A DNA stretch of 64,000 nucleotides from Octopus sinensis (taxonomy: Eukaryota), in the NCBI RefSeq assembly GCF_006345805.1, contig NC_043003.1, positions 100,812,001 to 100,876,000 of the forward strand, given 5' to 3'. The notes beneath the pieces are model-generated. The model saw nothing but the letters and a program-made list of their open reading frames with translations. It was not told the DNA's origin and did no database searches. This document shows positions 35,150-46,439 of this stretch, one piece after another (the first letter of the stretch is position 1; the number at the start of each line of letters is the position of its first letter). The translations under genes were made by a program, and so were the position numbers.

Positions 35150-37550
35150 TAAGATATAAGCGCACTGAACAATGTAGTGCATTTAATGTATGGATTGATG
35201 GAGAAGAAGAATTTCTGGGGTGATTGACCAAAGGAAGAACAGTGTTGTACTTGAAGGATGTAACAAAAGGAAATGCTACCAACAATTACCGGCCAATTTC
35301 GTGCCTTCCATTAATGAGGAAGTTACTGTCAGGAGAGACTGCAAAAGAAATTTACAAATTTCTTCATGATAATGACATTTCACCAATAGAACAACAGGGT
35401 TGTAGGAGGAGATGCAGAAGTACCAATCCTCAATTATTGATAGACAAAATAGTAATTCAAAATTGTAAGCAAAGGAGAACAAATCTGGGAATGGCCTGAA
35501 TTGATTACTGCAAAGCTTACAATATGATTTCACATTCATGGATTATTGAGTACTTTAGATATGTTTGGAATTGCAAGGAATGTAATGTTTTCTGAAGAGA
35601 AGTATGGTGGGTTGGAAAACTGAGTTGACATTGAATGGACAAAGCTAGAGCGCTCTGGGCATCAGGAGAGGGATTTTCCAAGGAGATAGCTTATTTTCAT
35701 CACTTTTTGTACTTTGTATGATCTCTCTGGCCTTGGTGCTGAGGAAAATGGACCTAGGATATCAGTTAAAGGGAAAAACTCAAAGGATTAACCATTTCCT
35801 CTTCATGAAAGATTTAAAGCTGTATGGAAAGGACAAGGTACAAGTGAATTCCTTGGTGAATACAGTCCACTGCTTTAAGAATTTGGACTCAAGAAGTGAA
35901 GTATAATGAGCCTGAAAAGAGGAAAAGTACAATCCCTGGCAGGGATAGAATTATCAAACAGAGAAGTGATGAAATAAATTGCAAAGGAAGGCTATAAGTA
36001 TTTTGGCACACTACATTTCAATGAAATCATAGAGAAGGAAATGAAAGAACAGTTAGGAAAGACTATTTCCAAAGACTAAGATTGGTGTTGCGCTCAAAAT
36101 TGACTGGATGGAATAAAATCCAAGTAGTAAATATATGGGCAATAGCATCACGTTAGTATAGAGCTGGAATCATAAACTGGCAAAACAAAGAACTGATGAG
36201 CATAGATGCAAAGACACAGAAATTATTGACAGTGCATGGAGTATTCTATTCCAAGAGTGACATTGACAGATTGTATTTGTCCAGAAGAAAGGGTGGGAGA
36301 GGTTTGATCAGTTGCCAGAATTGTGTTGAAGTAGAGAAAAAAACAGCTTAGGATGGTATGTAAAAAATGCTGTGGAACAATTGCTGAGACTTGTGAAATT
36401 TGGCATCATCAAAATTGAAAATTCTGTAATGAAAGAGAAACTGAAAGAAGAAAGGAACACATAAAATGAAATAGCATGGCAAAGAAAGAAAATATACAGT
36501 CAGTTTGCAAGAGATAAGAGCACCAGAACAGATACAGAAGACCAGTAGCTATGGATGGGAAGGAGTGACCTGAAGATAGAAACAGAAGCACTTACATGCA
36601 TAGCACAAGCTGGCAGAAACGTTAGCATGCCGGGTGAAATGCGTAGCTGTATTTCGTCTGCCACTACGTTCTGAGTTCAAATTCCGCCAAGGTCGACTTT
36701 GCCTTTCATCCTTTCGGGGTCGATTAAATAAGTAGCAGTTATGCACTGTGGTCGATATAATCGACTTGATCCATCTGTCTGTCCTTGTTTATCTCCTCTA
36801 TGTTTAGCCCCTTGTGGGTAGTAAAGAAATATATATGCATAGCACAAGAACAAGCATTGAGGATGAACTATGTGTAGTGCAGAATTAAGAACACGAGAGT
36901 GATCAAAGCAGAATGTGTGTTGAGAGGAGTGAAATAGTATGGCACACTGTTAGTGAGTACCTGAAATTGGCACAATGAGAATACAAAAGACATGACAATA
37001 TGTCAAGAATGATTCAATGGGTGCTCTGTGGAAATTATAGCCTAGAAAGATCAAAAACAATATGACCAAATCCCAGGAGTTACTGAGAATGAATATTACA
37101 AAATCCTGTGGAATGGAATGATTCAGTGTGACCACCAGATCAGACATCAAAAGCCTGACATTATTACAGTGAACAAAAAAGAAAAAAAACTTGCATGATA
37201 GTTGACATAGCATGTCCTGGTGACAACAGGATCAAAGGAAAAGAAGAAATAGTGAACAACTATGAGGAACTGAAGTGGGAAATACATAGGTTGTGGGCAT
37301 TAAAGTAAGTGGATATATAGTAATTGACACATTTGGGAGTATCAGCACCTGACAACCAACATGGCTCACAAGGAATTGGAATAAATGTAAAGACAGAACA
37401 CCTACAAAATCATCATTGCGTGGAACTGCAAGAGTTCTCCATAGGGTTCTTGAAGGATAATTAGCAAACAAGTGTTGCCTTAGTCTGCTGGCTGCAGGCA
37501 GCTGACACTTTCTATCATACCCAGCAAAATAAGCTGAGAATTTTCATCAA
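35150..37550 (+). mobile_element. R4/Dong-like LINE: RT, knuckle, REL endonuclease and 3' UTR, 5'-truncated
   Basis: [55 protein letters not shown] and PDI..V motifs; ends in (AAT)n. Confidence 0.88.
36610..36834 (+). mobile_element. SINE inserted into the Dong-like LINE with a 14-bp TSD
   Basis: Flanked by atgcatagcacaag at 36596-36609 and 36835-36848. Confidence 0.9.
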
Positions 37551-37770
37551 ATAATAATAATAATAATACTTTCTACTATAGGCACATGAACTGAAATTTG
37601 AGGGGAGGCAGCTAGTTGATTACATTGACCCCAGTGCTCAAATGACCCCAAAAGGATAAAATGCAAAGTCAACAGAATTTGAAATCACAACATGAAGTTA
37701 GAATAAATGCCACTAAGCATTTTGTCCAGTGTGGTAATTATTTTACCAGCTTGCCTCAATAATAATAATA

Positions 37771-37799
<29 letters not shown>

Positions 37800-37803
<4 letters not shown>

Positions 37804-38212
37804 CATAGGTGCCCTGGGAATGATAGCATGAAATAGAAATTAGCAAAATGTGGAACCTGAAGACTAAAACAATACCTGTTGTCATAGGTGCCCTGGGAAT
37901 GATAGCAAAAGGGGCTGATTGCTACCTAGCTCAGATACCAGGAAACCCCAAAATGGCAGAAATTCAAAAGAGAGTACTCATGGGAACTGCCCATATCTTA
38001 CGCAAAATACTTTCTATGTAATCTCAAGTTTTAAAACAAACATAATTTTCTTATGGTTTCTTAAACATTCTCTAGAGCAACAGTATGTACAAAACCAAAT
38101 ATATGGCACCCTAGGCATAATACCAACATGAACTTCTAAATTGTTGTCTCTTGAGGTCTCTGGGTGAGACTTGGAGCTAACTTGTTCAAATGTGATGCAA
38201 AAGTCAAACATA

Positions 38213-38215
<3 letters not shown>
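37800..38215 (+). mobile_element. R4/Dong-like LINE extreme 3' end (different 3' UTR)
   Basis: EISKMWNLKTKTIPVVIGALGMI..IQKRVLMGTAHILRK, then a UTR and an (AAT)n tail. Confidence 0.75.
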
Positions 38216-38281
<66 letters not shown>

Positions 38282-38384
38282 AATAACAATAATGATGATG
38301 ATGACGACGACGATGATAATAATGATGACGATGATGATGATGGTGATGATGATGATGATGATCCTTGCTGTTAGAATTAACTTT

Positions 38385-39335
38385 ACAAAAATGTGATGCA
38401 CCCACAAGCATTTAAGAAACATGATGAAAAAGAAAGAATAAATAATTGGAAAATGAAATCACTGCATGGGCAATATCTCAGAGAAATCGAAGGAAAAGAT
38501 AAGACCAACATTTGGAGATGGCTAAGAAAAAATGAAGTGAAAGGATGCACTGAGGCATTGATTTGCAGTGCCCAGGAACAAGCTCTGAGAACTAAATACA
38601 AGTTCCAAATAGATAAGAGCAGTGAATTGCCCCTCTGTAGGATGTGTGGCAGCAAAAATGACGCAATCTCACATATTGTGAGTGAGTGTAGCAAGCTGGC
38701 TCAAAAGCACTACAAAAAGAAGCATGACAACGTGGCTAAGTTTGTTCACTGGGGACTATGTGAAAAGAACAGCACAGAAATAGAACAAACATGAACCAGA
38801 AGGAGTCACTGAGAACAATGAATATAAGATACTGTGGGATTTTGCAATCCAGTGTGATTCCCTAATTGATGCTTGGAGATCAGACATTGTTGTGGTAGAT
38901 AAAGAAAAAAGGGAAACCAAGTTATAGATATTGCAATACCTGGGGATGCATGCATAAGTGACAAAGAACTAGAAAAGATGAAAAGGCACAGGCTATTAAA
39001 AGACGAAATTGCAAGAATGTGGGCTATGAGGAGAGTGTCATCCCAGTAGTTGTAGGGACACTCAGTGCACTAACAAACCAAGTTTGAGAAATATGTCAGA
39101 GGAATCAGAATTGACACGAGAGCAGAGCAAGCCCCCAAAACTGCTCTGCTGGGGACAGCTAGGATTTTGAGATTGGTGCTTGGTTGTTGAATGTCTTCCA
39201 TAATAATTAACATCCAATTACCAAAGCTTATAATGTGTGGAAAGAGACTCTGTGAGATCTCTGACATCAGGCTACTGTCATCTCTTCCAGAGTCAACCAG
39301 AGTAAACAAGACTGAGTGCTCTGAGAAGTAAAAAG
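38385..39335 (+). mobile_element. R4/Dong-like LINE 3' portion
   Basis: ORF 38393-38794 (LHGQY, AQEQALRT, CRMCGSKNDAISHIVSEC) continues as KILWDF.IQCD..DIVVVDK..IDIAIPGD. Confidence 0.88.
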
Positions 39336-39808
39336 ACTAATCCTTTCTACTATAATCACAAAACCTGAAATTTGTGGGAAGGGGACGAGTCGATTACATC
39401 GACCCCAGTGTTTCACTGGTACTTAATTTATTGACCTCAAAAGGATGAAAGGCAAAGTCAATCTCAGCAGAATTTGAACTCAGAATGTAGCAACAAGCGA
39501 AATATTGCTAAGCATTTCCTCCAGCGTGCTAATGACTCTGCCAGCTCACCGCCTTTCAGAAGTAAAACATTAATAATAGGAATAATAATTATGTTATCCA
39601 TTACAGGCAAAAGGCCTGAAATTTTGGGGAAGGGGCTAATCCTTACATTGACCCCAGTACTTAGCTGGTACTTATTTTATTGAACCTGAAAGGATAAAAG
39701 GCAAAGTCAACCTCATCAGAATCTGATGGATGAAATGCCACTAAGCATTTTGTCCAGAGTGCTAATGATTCTGCCAGCTTGTCACCTATTTAATAGTAGT
39801 AGTAGTAA

Positions 39809-39870
<62 letters not shown>

Positions 39871-40350
39871 ATGTTGTTGTTGTTGAGCAAGAAAGCAGCG
39901 CACTCCATCAAACTGATGCTGGGTTACAAATATATGAAACCCAATATACCTATCATGACTACCCATCTGATAAGGGTACACCAGGCACATGCATTATAGA
40001 TGTTAGAATGCGATTTGTATGTTTGTACAGAATATTAATTAATTACATTGAAACAATATTGCATGAAATTAGTATAGTTGATTGACTCTGCTCTAATACA
40101 TTATTTACAGTAACTTTATTCAATGGTTTTCATTGTAGAAGATGTAATTAAGTACCACTTTCTACCACTCTATGACCACCTCTAATGGAAATTATAGGTT
40201 AAAGGATTAATGTCTAAAATCACTCCAGAATATTTTTCTGTGTGGAGCTGTATGGCTAACAATATAAAACTCCATTATAACACAAAACTAGATTAATTTA
40301 TTAAACATATAAAAACAAAGAAATTAAAAATAAGAGAAAAATACTTTAAC

Positions 40351-40401
40351 CTCTTTATATTCTTCAGTGGTTAAATTACTAAAAATATTCTGCTTTTCAT
40401 T
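40351..40401 (-). CDS. PDE10A: PDE10A-like 51-nt exon NEKQNIFSNLTTEEYKE (absent from the ORF track)
   Basis: Acceptor ttcttataattccag, donor GTTAAA, phases 0/0. Fills exactly the gap equivalent to PDE10A LEGHNIFSTLSSSEYEQ. Confidence 0.88.
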
Positions 40402-41289
40402 CTGGAATTATAAGAATTATAAGGAAATATTAGAAAATGGGAAAGACGGGCATTTCATTTGCAATCATTTTATTTTTTGTTCAACACAGGAGAAACTATC
40501 AATGTTTTTGAATAAAACAAGTGTAATATGTAATTCTGATATCAAACTCACTGTTAGGGTCTATGTTAAGGCCATTGTTGTAAGTGTGATAATTATCAGC
40601 ACAAGTTGTCACAAATATTCTGGCTCTTCTAAAAATGTTGTTTTTTGCTGTTTTAATGCAAAGCAACATATTTTATCTAGTCTTTTAATCGTTTCAGATT
40701 TTAAAAAAAGTTTATAATAGGGTTAGCAAGTTTGTTATTATTATTGCTAACAATTTCTGATCCACTACAAAATCTGACACAAGGTCAGAAATTTCTGGGG
40801 TGAGGTTAAGTCAATTATATCGACCCCAGTACTCAGCTGGTACTTATTTTATTGACCCTGAAAGGATGAAAAGCAATGTGAACCTCAGCAGACTAGCATC
40901 AGTTATATTACAAGAATGTTACAAATACAAGAAAGCCTTCAAAGTTAATGAACTGTTTTAATTAACATTTCAAAAGATTTACTTGGTGAGAGAATATACT
41001 ACCAAGCAATGGCCAAGGTTATAATAGAAAATTTTTTAATACTGATAATAATAATAACTGTTTCTAATTTACAGACAAGACATGCAATCTTGAAGGGAGG
41101 GGAACAGTTGATTATACAAACTCAGTACTTGACTGGGATTTTATTTATTCAGCCAGAGAGGACTTGGATTCAAAACATAAAGTGTCCAAACAAATGCCAC
41201 AAAACATTTTGTCTAATGCTTTAACAATTCTGACTATCCATCACTGATGATAATAATAATAATAGTAGTAGTAGTAGTAGTAGTAGTAA

Positions 41290-41800
41290 TGCAGTACCAG
41301 GCAGTGGCTCTCATGGCAATATCCTAATGCAGTACCAGGCAGTGGCTCTCATGGCTGCTGATCTTAACTGATTGGAAGTGTTATCATGTACATTGTTTTG
41401 TCTTGGTATAAAAGATGGGCTACATCAAATATTCTGCTCAATACCACAGATTTGCTTGTCAGTTGTTTGACCTTAACCAATTGAGCATGTCCCTTAGTGG
41501 CTGATGATATGTGCATCTCTTATCACAAGCAGAAGTAGTGGGGGAACATCATAGCCATATGTTGAAAGGAATTCTTAGAGGTTTGGATAATTCACCTTTG
41601 GAAACAGGGGTGGTTCGTTCAACATCCTTAAACAGTCTTTATTCAGGGACCTTTTGAGCGGGATGGGCTACCTGACCAGAAGAAAATTCTAACTGGACCC
41701 CACCTGCAAGGTCATGTGCTGTTTATTTTGATTTGAGATCACCATGTCATGCACATATGGTTGTAATGCATGTGCCTGGCATGCACTGCTCTCTCACTCA
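41290..41800 (+). repeat. Second copy of the unclassified 500-bp repeat, with a 38-bp tandem duplication at its 5' end
   Basis: aatgcagtaccaggcagtggctctcatggc occurs twice (about 41288 and 41326); the body is collinear with 33478-33985. Confidence 0.8.
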
Positions 41801-41849
41801 ATAATAATAATAATATCAAAATTAAAAGAAGAGTGCCATTGTTATCTAG

Positions 41850-41890
41850 TGAATGATATTTCGATATCTCATATGTCTTCAACAGGTTCA
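41850..41890 (-). ncRNA. Minimal hammerhead-like motif, decayed copy
   Basis: UGAAC CUGUUGA A GACAUAUGAGAUAUC GAAAU AUC AUUCA. Confidence 0.5.
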
Positions 41891-42047
41891 AAAAATAATT
41901 TTGTCAATCTACTTCATTTTGGTTAATATATAAAGGATTCAGGTAACTTCTCCAGAAGAGTCAAAATTTATATATATATCTTCTGGAGGAGTTACCTCAA
42001 TCCTTTATATATTAACCAAAATGAAATAGATTGACAAAATTATTTTT

Positions 42048-42088
42048 TGAACCTGTTGAAGCCACACGAGATGTTGAAATATCGTTCA
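42048..42088 (+). ncRNA. Minimal hammerhead-like motif, decayed copy
   Basis: UGAAC CUGUUGA A GCCACACGAGAUGUU GAAAU AUC GUUCA. Confidence 0.5.
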
Positions 42089-42249
42089 CTAGATGACAAT
42101 GGCACTTCCTTTCATTTTCACTCTATATCTTCTGGAGGAGTTACCTCAGTCCTTTATATATTAATAATTAATAATAATAAAACAATAACAAGAGTGCAAC
42201 TGATACTCTTTATTAAAGACTGATACTCTTTATTAAAATGAAATGAAAT

Positions 42250-43841
42250 GAATGAACAATATTTTGACACACTGAGACTTTAAAGTTTAAAATATAAAAT
42301 TAAATGAAATTCAAAGATAGGAAATGCTGAAACATTCAAAATTAAACAGGAATAACTGTGTTTCTTTCCAAGTAAAACATCATCAATGTTCAGTCTTTCA
42401 AAAGGTAGCAGATGGAAGGAAAGAGAGAAAATATAAAGAAAGAAAAGAATTGGGGAAAAAAATTATTCAGTCAAAAAGTTTAGTGTAAGAATGGTGGAAT
42501 TCACCTGCTATTTTATTAATTCATCCAGGCTGAGATATCAACAGTTCACAAATATATCTTTGATATCTTTTTTGTCTGGGAAGGAATACAGGATAGTTCA
42601 GTCAAATTTTTATATTTCTGTGACTTCTTCACAGAAGACTATGGCTTTAAGTCCAAAATAAAATTCACGTTGAGCTTTTCAGAAGGCTGAATAGTCACAG
42701 AATTATTTTGCAAACTCATGTCAACCCATATTTATCTCCACTGCTGCTCTGATCATCCATATCATACAGTCAAATCAAATCCGAAGTCCCAGTTTTTGAG
42801 GATAAGATGTATTTGCACAAACATTGGGGATTATTGGAAACATGCAAATGCTTTTGTGTGCCATTATGTAAAGTGTGGTTATAGCGAATCATGATTAAAG
42901 GAAATTGTGAATGACACAGCTGAAATTAGTAGTGACAATCAAACTTTCACATCTAATTTTAGCAGTCAGGAAAGAGCTTATGGCTGAATTCCTTTAGTGA
43001 TTAGTTAATCACCAAAGTTTCGCTGGAATTTCAAAAGTGTTGCATTGACAGTTACCAACATATTTCAGAAAAATATCGTCATTTCTGACAAATATTTCCT
43101 CTTCCACCTATTGTAGCCTTTAGGCATAATAGAAATATTAGAGAAATATTGACCAGTACCTCTAATAAAAACTTCATTGGAGTTTCTGAATGCTGCACCC
43201 CTCCAAAACACCCATAAGAGAGGTAAGCCCTGTTCATTGTGCAATAACATGAGTCAGACCAATTCCATCAAGAGTTATAACAGAAATGTTATGATTAACA
43301 CAGAGGGACCTGTAAGAATTCCCATTTGGTGTATGCAGCAGAATGCACCAAACACAAAATGATTTATGTTGGTTGCACAACAGAACGATGACAGAAAAGC
43401 TTTAATGGACATAGGTATGATGTCAGGCACATAACAGTGGTTCCATGGGACTTGCAGAGCATTTCACATCAAACGGGTGTAAAGAAGACCTGAAAAAACG
43501 TGCACATTCTCAAAATATGCCCTTGCTCCATTGCACTGTCAGTCCTCAAAACCCATGGGGATATGTGAACTGTTGATATCTCATCCTGGATGAATTAATA
43601 AAATAGCAGGTGAATTCCACCACTCTTACACTAAACTTTTTGACTGAATAATTTTTTTCCCCAATTCTTTTCTTTATATTTTCTTTCTTTCCTTCCTTCT
43701 GCTACCTTTTGTGAAATACCAAAGAAAGTGCTATTATTCTGGTTTAATTTTGAATGTTTCAGTGTTTCCTATCTTTGAATTTCATTTAATTTTACATTTT
43801 GAACTTGTAAAAAAACACAGTGTGTCGAAATACTGTTCATT
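42250..43841 (+). mobile_element. 5'-truncated Penelope-like element with inverted pseudo-LTRs
   Basis: Arms 42250-42550 and 43564-43841 are inverted. The interior encodes PPIVAFRHNRNIREILTST, KPCSLCN and VYAAECTKHKMIYVGCTT..FNGHR (GIY-YIG). Confidence 0.8.
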
Positions 43842-43912
43842 CGCGCACTTCTTATTGTTCTTTTACCTTTGTGAAGAGTAACTACAATCTTGAAATATTA
43901 ATAATAATAATA

Positions 43913-44290
43913 ATAACAAGAGTGCTCAGACAGTGCAAACATCTGCCAAGGCAACACCAACGTTTTCTCAATGATTAGCCAGAGATGATTTTTAAAATGA
44001 GAATATCTGAAATAAACTCGACTGCTCTCACAAATGCGAATACTAAAAATGAACCCGACTGCACTAAAAAATTAAGTAAAGAAAATCAGGAAAAATAATC
44101 CAGAATCTTTGTCTGGTGCTAGAGTGATCCCAAAATCTAATCAGTGTGTGCCAGTCACAAGGCAAAACATCCCTGAAAGTTTCATCTGAATCCATTAAGT
44201 GGTTCTTGAGATATCTTGTCCACGGACAAACAAGCAAACAAACACAACTGAAAACTATACCTCCGCCTTCACTAAAGCATAGGTAATAAT
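43913..44290 (+). repeat. Non-autonomous repeat resembling Helentron/DINE-1-type elements
   Basis: taacaagagtgc start, a gacaaacaagcaaacaaac tract and a terminal acctccgcc...aggtaa hairpin. A similar end is seen at 6180-6345. Confidence 0.35.
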
Positions 44291-44879
44291 AAAGAACAAA
44301 GAATAAGGGGAAAAGTGATAGTAGGGAATTTCATTCAGTGAGCCTTAGGCAATTACTATTCAAAAGAAACTTCAACACACATCCAGGGGTGGTGTTTTGT
44401 CAAAAAGTAAATGCTGTAAAGACTGACCCATCTCTTTATGTCACTTCCCAAACAAATAACAAAACCAAAAAAGAGTGATAGACAGAAAACTATGAATACA
44501 ATGAAGTGATTTACACACACTACAATGCAACACTCCTCTAAAAACATACAAGAATAAACATAAAGCAAATGTACAATAAAATGAACAACCCCAACATGTG
44601 CCATAGAAGCCCAATACCCAATGGAAGAACACAGCCTACACTGCACAAACAACACACAATACAAACACTAATACAGCAGAAGACTCAAACCAATGCCCTT
44701 AGCAAAATATATTGATGCAATATAATATTCCCCAAATGGGGTGGGGGGTATGTAGCACACACCTCACCAGCATGAAAGTGCAGCAAGTGATGCAATGGAA
44801 AGTCACTTGAAACTACCAGATGTTGAATAATAATAATGATAATAATAGTGGTGATGATGATAGTAATGAACATTACTTC

Positions 44880-46200
44880 ACCTCAGTTTATGAGAGATAA
44901 GAGTTTACCTACAAACTCTGGCGGTTACAGAGAAAACGAGGCTGGACCCCTTGCTTAGCAGTGGTTCAGAAAAGATGCAAACTGAACACAGCTGTTATCT
45001 TAATACAGCATCAGCAGATAATAGAGCAAGGAGGAGGAAGTGAACCAGTGAATAAAATAGGATAGTGATGCAGTGCTACTTAGAAAGTGAACCTAAAAGA
45101 AGGGGCTATTGAAAACCAATGTTAACACTTTGGTTAAAGAAGGGTATGTTTCAAGCGACTGAGCAGAGATTAGTAGATCAAGCTAATACTACTAGGGGAA
45201 GAAAGTGAATGACAAAATTGGAGGTAGAAGAGATCACAAGAGAACTGGAAAAGAAAGACCAGGCAGTAGAAAAGACAAACAACTGCATAAGAGATACAGC
45301 TCAAACCAAAGAAGAACCTAAAGGAAAAAAATAATAGTGCTACCAGTAAGGAAGGGACAACTGGCATCATTGACTTAAGGGATTTAAGTGAGGAAGATCA
45401 GAAGATTTTAGATGAGTTGTAGGAAGTAATGAATAAAGAAGTAAGAAAAAGATTTCCTGTATTGAAAGGAACCAACAGAAGGAAATTGCTAGAAATGACT
45501 AGGAAAGTAGATTCTGTCATCAGTAGGATAGATAGGAAAAATATAGGAGGCACTAACTTATTGATCTATGCAGGAGGTGTAGTAGTCACTAGAAGATTAT
45601 ATATCTCACAGGGAAAGATTAGAAAAGAGCAAATGAGGAAAAGGAGACTACAAAATAAAGTGAAGACTTTAAGAAAAGATCTGAGTAAATTGAACAAGTT
45701 AGGAAATACAAGATGCAAATCTTCTCTTGAGAAAAAATACTTAGTCAAAGAGAAAGGATTTGGGACATTAATAGAAGAGTTGAAACAGTGTATCATAGCA
45801 TTAGCAAATAAGCTCTCTAGATATCAGAAAAGAATAGATCAGTATCAACAGAATAGATTATTTGAGACACACCAGAGGAGATTTTATAACCAAATAATGG
45901 AGAATGAAATACTGAAGATGAGAAACCTATTGCAGAAAAATCTAGAAAGATCTGGAGTAATATCTGGGATAAGCCAGTCAATCATAATGGAGATGCAGTA
46001 TGTTTAAAGAAAGTGAGGAAAGAAGTAGTGAGTGAGAAGCAGCCAGATCTAAGACTAACTAGTGCATTAATAAGTAAAGTGTTAGGAATAATGCCAAATT
46101 AGAAGGGCCAGGACCAGATTTAGTTCAAAGGTACTGGCTAATGAAATTTAGTAGTTTACACAGGAGGTTGTGGAAACAACTTCAAGATTGCCTTGATGTT
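44880..46200 (+). mobile_element. R4/Dong-like LINE 5' ORF fragment
   Basis: TEQRL.DQA, ORF 45429-46007 (TNLLIYAG, RRLQNKV, RYQKRIDQYQQNRLF) and PGPDLVQ.YWL. Confidence 0.7.
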
Positions 46201-46439
46201 TTAGAAGACCACAAGTTTAATAATATTGTAGGAATGATTCTTCCAAACTTAACCACTAGATATTCAGTCAAACACCATAGTTTCATGTAATTGGTCTATA
46301 AACTGACTAATCAGCATAAGGCTGTGGCATAAGATGGTTTTCTTGAATGTTCTTGTTTCCTATAAAAAAACTGCTTTGGCACTCAATTAATTGCAAATTA
46401 TTGAAGGTGGCTGGCTGACCTAAGCCTCCATTCTTGCCA

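Larger units (their letters stand above)
41832..42106. repeat. Head-to-head palindrome of about 128-bp arms (probable Penelope pseudo-LTR copies)
   Basis: 41832-41959 pairs with 41979-42106 across an AT-rich spacer; a third partial direct copy lies at 42124-42163. Confidence 0.9.

Noticed and set aside
42250-43841. piggyBac or other TIR DNA transposon
   Set aside because: There is no TTAA TSD or DDE motif, and the interior encodes a Penelope GIY-YIG domain.
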